From positions 276,063 to 340,062 of the forward strand of contig VRVR01000020.1 in NCBI GenBank assembly GCA_009859145.1: 64,000 nt of DNA. The letters are read 5' to 3'. The notes beneath the pieces were generated by a model. It had not been told where the DNA came from. It saw nothing but the letters and a program-made list of their open reading frames with translations, and searched no databases. The DNA comes from Andalucia godoyi And28 (Eukaryota > Protista > Jakobida). Below, piece after piece: positions 19,401 to 29,681 of this stretch; the stretch's first letter is position 1, and every line of letters begins with the position of its first letter. The position numbers and the translations under genes were made by a program.

Positions 19401-20261
19401 CTAGTTGGTGTTGGCTCGGAAAGCACGCACGTAAGATGCCTCTACCGACTGCTCGTTCTGGACAATATCACATTTTCGATGCTCGCAGAACGCGTTGAGC
19501 GAACCAACGACTTCCTGCATGACAACATTCAAGAACTGGCCTTCGGCGGCTCGCGCAGGAACACTGTTCGGGCTTGTCTGTTTTCCATCGGCCGATGTGT
19601 CGATTACATGGATTTCGACTGCAACCGCCGTGGCGATGCGTTGTCCAACATGGATCAGCGATATTCGAATGCCAAACATCTTGGTCGCAGCAACGTCCTC
19701 GTCGCCATTGCCGTTTTTTCCGCCGTTCATAGCATTGGTTGCATACTGAAAGTCTGCAGCAGATGTCACGGCAGACGGTGCAGCGAGCACCAGGCCCTTG
19801 GACGGTCCTGTTCGGCCGCCCAAGAACGGAGTCGCCGGTAACAACAAATACTCTCCAGCAAATACGAATTTTTGTCGAACCTGAAAATGCGACATTTTCG
19901 AAACAAGCTCCCGGAAATCACTCGACACATACGACACGCTTATTCCTCGACTTGGCTGTGGTGTTGACAGCCCTGCATGTCCTGTCGTTGCCGCCGATGC
20001 CGAAGACGATGCCGAAGACGACGACGAAGCACCTGGTGCGGCTCCGGCAGTGGCTGCAGGTGGCTGATCCCAAGATACAATAGCCAACGACTTTGATCTG
20101 GCAATCTCGTCAGAAGGGTCCGAAAGAAGCGCGTCGAGCAAGGATGGCACTGCCGTTGCAGAAGTTCCCGCGGTCGCAGAGGAGACGTGCGCCGAGCTGT
20201 CGTCCGCGAGGCCCTGTGATCCGTCTGTGGAGGTGGAGGGGCGACATCGAAGGCGAGGCAT
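19401..20261 (-). CDS. Probable divergent Mediator subunit 20
   Basis: SSDFRELVSKMSHFQVRQKFVFAGEYLL ... FGIRISLI ... AVAVEIHV follows the Med20 pattern (IMEKL..YK.K..L.F.G..Y.LGDF.LRVG.V...GI..EVEY) with low-complexity insertions. Start chosen at MPRLRC (ATG 20261). Confidence 0.5.
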   Translation of the reverse strand: MPRLRCRPSTSTDGSQGLADDSSAHVSSATAGTSATAVPSLLDALLSDPSDEIARSKSLAIVSWDQPPAATAGAAPGASSSSSASSSASAATTGHAGLSTPQPSRGISVSYVSSDFRELVSKMSHFQVRQKFVFAGEYLLLPATPFLGGRTGPSKGLVLAAPSAVTSAADFQYATNAMNGGKNGNGDEDVAATKMFGIRISLIHVGQRIATAVAVEIHVIDTSADGKQTSPNSVPARAAEGQFLNVVMQEVVGSLNAFCEHRKCDIVQNEQSVEASYVRAFRANTN

Positions 20262-20758
20262 GATGTACAAGTGTGTGTGCAACGGCGCATGTGCATTAAG
20301 TGCCGGATCTGCAATGCACGAAAACACTTCGCATTCCTGGCGAGTCGGATGCATCGTGTGGCCGCGACATGCAAACACCCACTTTCGGATATGCTCATAT
20401 GTTTCCCGGGCATTCGGACCACCCCTGACAAGGCACAGCACGTGCATGTTTTAATTCTTAAAATATTAATTATCATAATGTGGTACAGAAGTGGCCTTTC
20501 CCCTTATTCTGTGCCCGATATCGATATTCGTCTGTTCCACGAGAGCCAAAGAAAACATGGCCTAATTCGGGTATCTGGGGGTTTTTTTTTACAACGGGCA
20601 CGATTGGACAGCAGTATAGCAGAAAGTTTATGTATGTACAACAAGAGGCAGGAACCAAGAATCCGGAATACACAACAATGATACAAAACTCATAAATATA
20701 GCAATAGTAGTACAGCAACAACACAGAGGAGAAGAAGGAGAAAAAGAGGAGGAGGCTC

Positions 20759-21757
20759 CTATTGGACAAAATCGCTATTGGAGGAGAGTTCGCAATAGAC
20801 GCTGAAGAGATCCAGCTTGAGCATGCAGGACTGATCCTCGCCGACGGAGTGAGAAAACGTAAACGATGCACCCGGGGCAACCTGAGACGGGGTTGGGTTT
20901 GGATACTCGGGAAATGCAATTGTCTTGTACAACGAATCCACATCGAATCCAAACAGATTCGTGCTGCTGGTGCTGTTGATAGTAGACAAGGAAGACAGGT
21001 AAGAGTGGTGCGTACCGATCGCGGGCTTTTGACAGATGTTTTGTTTCTGCTGCTGCTGCTGTTGTTGTTGTTGATCCGAGATATCCGACACCATCATCGC
21101 CTTTGTTTGGCCAGTTGGGACGAACTGCATACCAGCCATCCACTTATCGTCTACCTGCACGTTTGCCAAGTCGAGACCAGGACTGATCTCCATTGTGACG
21201 GACTCCATTGACGCCGGACTCGATCCAGATGATATTACAGAGTTGTCGACTTCTTCAACGTTTGTGAGTTGGAATGAATTTCTCTTGCTCTTTGACTCTG
21301 CGTTGGACAGACGCTGGAAGTACGTATATGCGTGGTTCTTGACTTGGCGCGGCGACCGCGTCTTCATCAGTCGAGAGATTGCAGCCCACTTCCCGCGGCC
21401 ACAGACCCGAAGGGACTCTTCAAACATCCTCTCTTCGTCTGCAGACCAGGGTTTTTTGTGTGTGTCCACTCCCGTTGGAGCCTCTTTGAAGGACTTGACA
21501 CCCCCGCGACTGCTGCCCGACAACGAGGTCGTTGACAACTTGCGCCCCATTCGTGACTGCGAGCTGTCCGCTGCAGCAGCACACGAACTGTTGTATGCAC
21601 CGACCGTGTGCGACAGGGGCATCGTGTTGTCGGCAGAGGGAAATGCGGGAAGTGATGCAGACTCATCGGCAAAGTGGTCTGGTGACCCGTTCGCAATGAG
21701 AAACGAAAGCAGCAACGCAGGCTGGGCGTCGGCGTTGTAGGCCAGTGGAGTGAGCAT
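20759..21757 (-). CDS. Single-repeat MYB (SHAQKYF-class-like) transcription factor
   Basis: KKPWSADEERMFEESLRVCGRGKWAAISRLMKTRSPRQVKNHAYTYF; poly-Gln tract downstream. Start chosen at ATG 21757. Confidence 0.88.
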   Translation of the reverse strand: MLTPLAYNADAQPALLLSFLIANGSPDHFADESASLPAFPSADNTMPLSHTVGAYNSSCAAAADSSQSRMGRKLSTTSLSGSSRGGVKSFKEAPTGVDTHKKPWSADEERMFEESLRVCGRGKWAAISRLMKTRSPRQVKNHAYTYFQRLSNAESKSKRNSFQLTNVEEVDNSVISSGSSPASMESVTMEISPGLDLANVQVDDKWMAGMQFVPTGQTKAMMVSDISDQQQQQQQQQKQNICQKPAIGTHHSYLSSLSTINSTSSTNLFGFDVDSLYKTIAFPEYPNPTPSQVAPGASFTFSHSVGEDQSCMLKLDLFSVYCELSSNSDFVQ

Positions 21758-23348
21758 GTCGGAAGACAGCAGGAGCAGATGCAGGAAAAGAAAAGAAAAA
21801 AAAAGGATGTGGAACGGAACGAAGGAACCGCAAGGAAACCGTGAGTGTGCACAAATCAAAAGGAAGTCAGTATCAGTGGAGAAGAGGGCGGAGGGGGGTT
21901 TAGGAGAGGAGAAGGGGGATAAAGGCGTGGAGAGAAGGCGAAGAAAAACAAAACGGAGATGCTTCGTCTTCGTTTACCAGGTTGTTTACTCCATGTCGGA
22001 AGAAAAGGGGGACAGAAAAACCGTCGAGCAACGAGTATGCTCACCTCGCAGACGGATTTGCTTGCATTTTCACAGAGCGCTCTCCAAGCGCAGTGAGTGG
22101 GTACGAGCAATGATCCGCCTTTGGCACTTCTCGGTCTTCGTCCGCACAGAGCTTTGAAGCAGCTTGTAGCAACACAGCGAGGACCTATTTCGATAGTGGG
22201 CCCATGGGCGGCAAAAGGACGTGCAGGCAATTTGTCTGCAAGGGAAATTACCGTGCCCATGCAGCTTGTGGTCGGAACTCCTCCGTCGGATTTCTAACAG
22301 GAGGACGTGCCGGCTCGCGCTGTGCGAGGAACGGCAGAGATGCTGCTCCGACGTGATTCCGGAAAGGCTACGTCTTGTTGTCGGCAACTGATGGTTGGCG
22401 GCTTCGTCACATTGCTGCCTGCACCCACTGACAGTCTGCTTGCACATTTGCGATCCTTCTAAAGACACAAGCGAACCCACTGCTTGAGGTTTCGTGATGG
22501 ATGCAATGCTCTGTGTAAGCACTTCAAGCGGAGACGTATTGGCGCACGGCGACGACGGCGACGCAGACGCTGATCGAATTCGACCAATGGGGACACGCCA
22601 GAAGTTGTTGTGTTTCGATCTGAATCATCTTTTCGTGCAAGCGATCCGCGGAAGGCCCGAACGGGTAATGGCAAACGGGTGATTTTTTACTGGTATGTGC
22701 TCAGAGCGGGGGGGCGAAGGTGGTCTTTTCTCCTTTCTCAACAACTATGCAAACAAAAACAAAAACAAAAACAAAAAAACCCTGCACGTCTTGGCTGCTG
22801 AACAAAAAACAACAATACAAAGCAGTGGAAGCTGGATCATGTTTCATGTATGTTCCCAGTCGAGATTGAATGCGGTCCGGAAAAAAAAACAGTACTATAA
22901 ATGATAATAAATGCATAAAAAGCCAGTAAAGTGTAACATTAAAAAACAAGGCGTGGCAACGGGCAACACAATAGTCCTTTCGCGGCCTGTTCCTCGTTCT
23001 TTGCTCCATGGCCCCCCGGCTTCCCGTTCTTTTTGGCACCTTGGTTCAAAACATGGGCGCACTGCGCACGCTGCACATCCTGCACAGCTTCCCGCCGCGC
23101 CTTGTCGTTGCGACGCTCGTAGTGCGCGCTTTTTCGGAATCAAATGGACGATAATCGCTTTCCGAATCCGCGAACTTTTATGCTTTGGTATGTTTTTAAT
23201 AATTATAATTATGTTGTTTCAGCGCTTTTTTTTTTCCAGTCCAGCATTTGAGGAAGCGAAAAGAGGACCAAGCGGCTAATCTTTCGTTCAACACGGTTAC
23301 TTGTGACTTTTTGGAAACGCAGGCGTCAGGAGAAAGCAAGACAGGAGA

Positions 23349-24959
23349 ATGGAAGACGACAGGCTTGGGTCTTCTGAACTTCCCGATGATATGATTGAGC
23401 GTCTTGAAGGAGGGAACGACGACGGGGAGCTTGACGAGGCGGAAGGGGATTTTCTGGATCCCAGCGACGGGAATGTGATTTATCTGGATGAGTACGCGGG
23501 AGAGGACGATGGCGTTGACGACGAGGGCCGCGATCCTGATGTTTCTGACGCGCGTGCTGAGAATGAGGTGGAGCCGGAGGATATGGAGGATCTTGTAGAC
23601 GATTCTTTTGCGAGAGTCCAAGCCCATTCCTCGGCGGTGGTCGCTGTTGCGTTTTCGCCTGTCGACGACGGCCTTATCGCAACAGGGGCGTGTGATGACA
23701 AGGGATTTGTGTATCACTTTGGAGCCGCTGGCGCCGAGTTTGATGATCCGCTGCTTACCATGACGGGATTCAAAGACACCATCTCTGCACTTGCATTTTC
23801 CTTTGACGGCGCGTACCTTGCAGCCGGTGGGCTTGATTCGCGAGTGGTCATTTACTCGCAGGAATCTGCAATTCATGCCACCTCGAACAGCACCAGCACC
23901 AGCACCAGCACCAGCAGTAGCACCAGCAGCGGTGGCGGACATGATGGCGAGAAGAGTCCCGAAAAGAGTTTGAAGCGCGAGCGGGTGCTGCCGTCGAAGT
24001 GGAAAATAGCAGTGGAGATTGAGGGACCACAAGCGGGCATTGAGTGGTTTTCGTGGCATCCACGTGGCCCCGTGTTGCTCGCAGGACTCGAGGACGGGTC
24101 GTTGTGGATGTGGAAGATTCCCCAGGGTACATACATGCAGACATTCTGGGGACATACGGGTCGGTGTGTTGCGGGATCGTTCACTGCGGATGGCAAGCTG
24201 GCGGTTTCCGCTTCCGAGGATGGAACGGTTCGCATTTGGAATCCAAAGACTGGCTCTGCAATGCATACTATCCAAGGATTTGAACTTCATGGGAACAAGG
24301 AGTCGTTCAAGATGCCGTCCCGCAGAGACGAGGATGGCATGGAGGTCTTTGATGAGGACGAAGACGGCGATGATGATGACAGCAGCAAGAATGGCGGAAT
24401 CGGCATGACCACCATCGCCGTCCATCCAGCGGATCGTGATCAAACGAGATATCTTGTGATGACCGGTGACGAGTCTGGAACAGTGTGTCTGTTGCATGCG
24501 GACCAGGGCAAGGTTCTCAAGCGTTTCCTGCATGTGCATCGCATGGGTACAAACAAGCTTCTTACTTCCAGCGCAGAATCCTCTGGCGCGATCCCCTCTG
24601 TGGAATGTGTTGGGTTTTCTCCAAAGTTTGCGTTTGCCGCCTCGGGCGGGATGGACGGTAAGCTTATCATCTGGGATCTGACTGCGATGGTCGTCCGGTC
24701 CGAGTTGCTGCATCCCGCAGGTGTCACACGGCTTGCCTGGCATCCAGAGGAATGCTGGGTGTGGACGTCGTGTGCAGACGGAATGGTTCGACTGTGGGAT
24801 GCTCGTGCAGGAACGCTCATCAGAAAATTTTCTGGACATGAAGACGTGATCATGTCCCTTGCGGTCAGCGGAAATGGAAACAGAGCAGTCACCGGAGACG
24901 ATGCCGGGGTGTCCATTGTATTCGACAAGTCGTTTGTTCAATCTGCGGAATCGCAATAA
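23349..24959 (+). CDS. AAMP: AAMP/Sqt1 WD40 chaperone for ribosomal protein uL16
   Basis: Acidic N-terminus, DDSF...H.SAV, TGACDDKGFVY, IEWFSWHPRGPVLLAGLEDGSLWMWKIP and several WD repeats. Confidence 0.88.
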   Translation: MEDDRLGSSELPDDMIERLEGGNDDGELDEAEGDFLDPSDGNVIYLDEYAGEDDGVDDEGRDPDVSDARAENEVEPEDMEDLVDDSFARVQAHSSAVVAVAFSPVDDGLIATGACDDKGFVYHFGAAGAEFDDPLLTMTGFKDTISALAFSFDGAYLAAGGLDSRVVIYSQESAIHATSNSTSTSTSTSSSTSSGGGHDGEKSPEKSLKRERVLPSKWKIAVEIEGPQAGIEWFSWHPRGPVLLAGLEDGSLWMWKIPQGTYMQTFWGHTGRCVAGSFTADGKLAVSASEDGTVRIWNPKTGSAMHTIQGFELHGNKESFKMPSRRDEDGMEVFDEDEDGDDDDSSKNGGIGMTTIAVHPADRDQTRYLVMTGDESGTVCLLHADQGKVLKRFLHVHRMGTNKLLTSSAESSGAIPSVECVGFSPKFAFAASGGMDGKLIIWDLTAMVVRSELLHPAGVTRLAWHPEECWVWTSCADGMVRLWDARAGTLIRKFSGHEDVIMSLAVSGNGNRAVTGDDAGVSIVFDKSFVQSAESQ

Positions 24960-25215
24960 TTAAATGAATAAAATAACAATAATAACAATAATAGCAATAA
25001 GAATACTGCTGTCGTTTGCTGCTGTCAATTTTTTTAAAACTGGAATTTCAAACGAGAGCACCAAACACGGCGGCACTCTCCAGGATGTGTCATCTTTCAA
25101 ATGACGTCGGTGCAAAGGTAGTGGGAGCTGTACATCCGGAAACAATGATTGAAGAAAAAGGGGAAAGCGAAGAAGAAGAGAGAAAGAAAAAAAGAAAGAA
25201 AAAAGAAAAACTGGA

Positions 25216-25531
25216 CTATGAGGACGTCTGGTGTGCTAGAAACTTTGCCCATGCTTTTTGCAGAGCTGTTTGTTGCTCGTAGTTTGCCGCGATGGTTTCG
25301 AGATCACTCTCTCTATACATCCCACGAACCCGCAAAGAAAGTAAGACCATGAACGAAACGGCAAAAAATAAATACATGAAATAAATCCGAAGACTCGTGC
25401 AAACTGGAAAAGAAAACGTACATTGTTCGCAGCAAAGAGTGGAATGTGGACATTGTTTTCCGTATGGACTGGAGAGTCGCAAGTTCCTCTGCAGGAGTCG
25501 CAAACATTGAGTCTGTTGCGACGACACTCAT
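25216..25531 (-). CDS. Putative DASH/Dam1 kinetochore complex subunit (Duo1/Dad2-like), 68 aa, 2 exons
   Basis: Exons 25531-25422 and 25312-25216 (intron GTACGT...TATAG) give MSVVATDSMFATPAEELATLQSIRKTMSTFHSLLRTIESDLETIAANYEQQTALQKAWAKFLAHQTSS; pattern EL..L..I...LE.I...L...W..FL.. resembles Duo1/Dad2. Confidence 0.45.
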
Positions 25532-26240
25532 CGGTTATCTGTTCGAATTTTGAAGTATCGTTAGAGCGGAGTTGTTCCTCGCCGATAGGGCGTTCACGAC
25601 GACAACAAGAAGAACCACGCGTTGAAACTCGGTCGTTCGCAGCGTTCTGTGTTCAGCCGTCTTTTGTGAATTTTCTTTTGTTGTTCCCAAGTATCACTTG
25701 ATGCTAAGAATTCCCCGATGTTCCAGAATTCCCGAAGGCCTTGAGCGTCCGTAGAAAACCCAGAGGTTTCAGCACTGAGAAGTCTGAACAGCGTGTCCTC
25801 TAAAACCGCTCACGCCACGCAGGATCTCCAAACAAATGTCTCGGTTCTCGAGCGACACCTTTCGGCCCGCTATCACACTCAACTAATAGCAGGACACATG
25901 CTCATACACACACACAACTCTCTCTCTCTCTCACTCTTTCTCACTCTCTGTCTCTTATATTGATTTTGAATTGTTTCGGCTATTGAAGCAGCACTTGAAG
26001 ATTCCATGACGACTGGCGAGTACCGCTGAGGAGTTATGCATTAATTAATTTTTAAAAACCCCCAATTTCCAGGTTATCCGTCTCTCTGTTTCTTGCCACA
26101 CGGTCCACCTGATTTTTCCCGGACATGATACCATTTTCCTCGGCTTCCGACTGAGCTGATATTTACTTCGCAGCTTCCAGAAAAAAAAATCGGTGGTGTT
26201 TTTCCTCTAAAAGAATTAATTCTCTTTTGGTTGCATCGAA

Positions 26241-26918
26241 ATGGAAATGAGATCTATGACTCCTACGGTTGGGATGGACTTGAACAACCATGAGTGTTTG
26301 ATTCGCACAGCCGCAGCGACGGTCCCTGCTGCGCAAGACGGAGTCGAGTACCTTGTGCGAGAGCACGAGGAGTTTCGAGCGATGTTTGAACGATTTCGAA
26401 AGACGAGCAACGAAGATCTTCGGTATCATCTTATCGGTACGATTGTGAAGCGGGTGGCGCAGCATGAATCGATTGAAGAACAGTCTGTGTACCCAATGTA
26501 CCGAGATCGACTCCCCCACGGAAAGCACATATATGCTCGTGCGCTCACGGAAGGTGCGGCCAACAGAGACGCCCTGTGTGCACTGACAAACCTTCTATCG
26601 GGCGCACATGGGTTTTCATCAAGCACTGCAAAATTCAAGATCCACCAGGGTGGCCCGAGCGTCCAAGGGGCTGACGAGCTGTTCTTTCGGGCTGCAGAAG
26701 CGTTCTTCATCACGGAGGAAGTCCACATGAAGCAAGAAGAGACGTGGCTTCATCAGCTGCAGTCTGAAATGACTGCTTCCGAGCTTGAATCGCTGCATCG
26801 TACTCTCGTGCAACTCGGGCGATTCACGCCTACTCATCCTGCTCCACGCATCCCCGCCCGGCCATTGCATCGCTGCCGCAGTCTGTTTCGCAACGACTGT
26901 AGTATGCGGCCGATTTGA
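26241..26918 (+). CDS. Hemerythrin (HHE cation-binding) domain protein, divergent, C-terminus possibly frameshifted
   Basis: DGVEYLVREHEEF, QHESIEEQSVYP, HMKQEE, then a PTHP proline segment: layout of the bacterial/fungal HHE-domain family. Confidence 0.75.
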   Translation: MEMRSMTPTVGMDLNNHECLIRTAAATVPAAQDGVEYLVREHEEFRAMFERFRKTSNEDLRYHLIGTIVKRVAQHESIEEQSVYPMYRDRLPHGKHIYARALTEGAANRDALCALTNLLSGAHGFSSSTAKFKIHQGGPSVQGADELFFRAAEAFFITEEVHMKQEETWLHQLQSEMTASELESLHRTLVQLGRFTPTHPAPRIPARPLHRCRSLFRNDCSMRPI

Positions 26919-27197
26919 TGCTTGACGACTTTCGTGCATCAACTCGTCGTAAAGCGAATTTCCTTTTTCCTTTTTCCTTTCCCTTTTCCTTTTCCTTTTC
27001 CTTTTTCCCTTTTCCTTTCTACGTTGTAATCTGCATTTGCCTTTTTCTCCTTCTTCTTTCTCTTCTCCCGTTTATTATTCATTTGTTTAATCCCACAGTA
27101 TCCTGAGAGTCCGTGCCAGAACAGAAAGGGAACAAAGAAAAAGAACAGTGAGAAGAGGAAAAAGAAAAAGAAAACAAGGATATTGAATACGGAGAAA

Positions 27198-27938
27198 ATG
27201 TCATCATCGTTTGAGGAGAATTTGGATGAGCAATGTCGAGGAGATCGACCGTACGACTTTCCAACGCTGCTGGATGCAGTTCGAAGCATGCTGGTGGATG
27301 GGACCTTAACAGATAGTGGGTGTTTACTGTCTTCGATTCCGACGATATCAAAGGTGTTTACGCTTGCCTTGGCTGCGCTGCCTGAGCCGCATTTTTCTCT
27401 AGTGCGATGCCTGATGCCGTCGGCCGTGGTGGACTCGGATGCGGGGCTTACGTCTCTTTCCAGCGCGTGCGATGCGTTTGAAAAGGCCGATTTCCCGACC
27501 GCCTGGACGCTGCTTGCTGCCGCCCATCCTCCTCATGTGGCGGCACTCGAGGCGTCTCTCCGTGCATATGTCGTCGATGTCATGGCACGCACGTGTGTGT
27601 CGCTCCCGGCTTCGGAAGCCGCTGCCATGCTCGGACTCAAGACGCAGGGTAGCACTGCTTCGTCGGATGATGCAGCGGTCGTTGCAGCGACCATCACAGC
27701 TGCGCTTGCTACGCTTCGAAAGAGAGATCCGCAAGCGGCACCCTCGGCTGGTCTCAAGGTTTCCACTGCTTCGCAAAGCAAAGACGGCCAGCAGCGGTGG
27801 TACATCCGCTTCGAGGGCCATGGCGCGGCGTCGGCAGTTCTGGCGTCTTCGAATTCGGAAAATGCAGCGTCTCGAAGAGCGGCACCGCCTGTCGAGCAGG
27901 TTGCAAGAGCTTTCTCGGTCCTTGCCAAGGCTCGTTGA
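27198..27938 (+). CDS. EIF3K: Translation initiation factor 3 subunit K
   Basis: PYDFPTLL, LALAALPEPHFSLVRCLM, FEKADFPTAW, LEASLRAYVVDVM, AAMLG align in order with eIF3k (AYDLEANL, KALTNLPHTDFTLCKCMI, FEDSVRKFI). Confidence 0.8.
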   Translation: MSSSFEENLDEQCRGDRPYDFPTLLDAVRSMLVDGTLTDSGCLLSSIPTISKVFTLALAALPEPHFSLVRCLMPSAVVDSDAGLTSLSSACDAFEKADFPTAWTLLAAAHPPHVAALEASLRAYVVDVMARTCVSLPASEAAAMLGLKTQGSTASSDDAAVVAATITAALATLRKRDPQAAPSAGLKVSTASQSKDGQQRWYIRFEGHGAASAVLASSNSENAASRRAAPPVEQVARAFSVLAKAR

Positions 27939-28166
27939 GCAACTGGGGCATTGTCGTCATTCGTGGAGTATAAAAGATAAAGATTTCTAAAACCTGCTTT
28001 CAAAAAGCACGCTGTTTTTAAATTTTTAAATTTTAATTTAAATAATTCTTTTTTACATTAATTTTTTACATTGATATTTTTAGCCGGGGAAGGGAGTAGA
28101 CAGAAGAAACCCAGGAAGGAAAGAAAGGGGAGAAGAAGAAAAAGCACAAAGAAACACACACTCTAG

Positions 28167-29681
28167 TTATGATGATGATGAGGAGGAGGACGACGAGGAG
28201 GACGACAATGATGATGAAGAGGTTCGGTTGACAGGAAAGAACAGAGCAGAAAAGTGCTCGGAAAGAATTGATTCGAGAGATTGGGAGAGGGAAAGCTGTG
28301 ATGCAGGTGGAACGGAGTGCCAGTGCGTATGCTCGACTGCCCAACCGAGTCTGTGCAGTGCGTTGTGCAGCGCAGGGTCCATTCCGGTTGCCGAGAACAT
28401 CGTGTGCTGCAATGCTGCAGCGTGTGATGGCGATGCACCTGTGGACCATGGGAACGTACCGCTGTTGCTGCTGCTGATGGGGTTGCTTCCGACGGCCGTG
28501 CTACCCAATGTGCTGCCGCCAGAGATGACTGACCGGAAGGAGTGGCCACGGGAAACAGAGCGTGCTGGAAGGAAGCCCTGCATCGAGCCGGAACTGTGCT
28601 GTGTTGGTGTTGGTGTTGGTGTTGGTGCTGGAGCTGGAGCTGGAGCTGGTGCTGGAATTGTGAGAACTGGTGGGTTTGGCGAAGTGTATAAATTGTGGAT
28701 GCTTGTCTTTGACGCGGAACGATTGCGCCACGAAACAGAGGACGAAGAACTGGAGGAGGTGGAGGAGGCAGAAGCCGCATTCGGAGATTGGGAAAACGAA
28801 AACGTCGACACGGTGGTTGGAATGGAGCCGGTGGATGAGGTGGGTGTTCCAACCGTGCCAGCCGGACCGATGACAACTGGTTCAGCGAGCACATGCAGAC
28901 TGCGGTGGGGAAGCGGAATTCGTGCAGAACGCGGTGTGTTGGTCGGTATGACGTTGTTCATCTGCATAAACGCGTCCGCAGAAGGTAATTGTGGCTGCCG
29001 CTGCGACTGCGAATTGGCATGCGGCGGGGCGTTCGTGTGGCTTGGGGGCCCGTACTGTTCCATCGCAATGACGGGCCGATGGTGCGGATCGAATACACGA
29101 CTGGACGCGGATCCTGGTGCAGGTCGGCTGGGATTGGAATACACGGACCACGAATGCGATCCTTCCTTGACAAGCTTTGTGCGCTCAAGCATATCTGCGT
29201 AGGCAGGATCCACGTCTCGAAAATGCACAGCGCTTGTGCTCGTGCTGGAATTTGAAAGTGCACTGAACGAACTGCCGATAGGGCCAGGCGGTGCTGCACT
29301 GCTTCTACCCAGCGAGAACCCCGAACATGGAAACCTTGCTGGGCGGCCAGAGGGAAGTGACCCAGTGTAGATGCAAGGCTCAAATGCTTCTCGGCAACGC
29401 CTGCACGGCGGTCCAGTGCGGTCGCATTTTTTGTGCAGACTGCGACAACGCACGCAGGAGACTGACTGTCGTCCCGACGCTGCTTCTGCGTCTGATTCAA
29501 GCAACTGAGACCGACCAGCTGCTTCATCACTCGCGTTCTCCAGAATTAAACCACTGGACGAAAATTCAGGCATGTTTGCAGAATCCTGTTCCGCAGTGGA
29601 AGAGTGTATTCGACGAGAGATGCGTCGGAGAATCGGGAGGTCCTGATCATCCTCCTTGCTGTTCTGCGACTGTTCTTGCAT
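28167..29681 (-). CDS. Zn(II)2Cys6 binuclear cluster transcription factor
   Basis: SCVRCRSLHKKCDRTGPPCRRCREAFEPC = C-x2-C-x6-C-x6-C-x2-C-x6-C; remainder low-complexity Ser/Pro/Ala. Confidence 0.88.
   Translation of the reverse strand: MQEQSQNSKEDDQDLPILRRISRRIHSSTAEQDSANMPEFSSSGLILENASDEAAGRSQLLESDAEAASGRQSVSCVRCRSLHKKCDRTGPPCRRCREAFEPCIYTGSLPSGRPARFPCSGFSLGRSSAAPPGPIGSSFSALSNSSTSTSAVHFRDVDPAYADMLERTKLVKEGSHSWSVYSNPSRPAPGSASSRVFDPHHRPVIAMEQYGPPSHTNAPPHANSQSQRQPQLPSADAFMQMNNVIPTNTPRSARIPLPHRSLHVLAEPVVIGPAGTVGTPTSSTGSIPTTVSTFSFSQSPNAASASSTSSSSSSSVSWRNRSASKTSIHNLYTSPNPPVLTIPAPAPAPAPAPTPTPTPTQHSSGSMQGFLPARSVSRGHSFRSVISGGSTLGSTAVGSNPISSSNSGTFPWSTGASPSHAAALQHTMFSATGMDPALHNALHRLGWAVEHTHWHSVPPASQLSLSQSLESILSEHFSALFFPVNRTSSSSLSSSSSSSSSSSS

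Noticed and set aside
22070-22620. ~180-codon open frame on the minus strand upstream of MYB
   Set aside because: No ATG near its start, Cys/Arg/Ser-rich non-protein-like composition, no motif.
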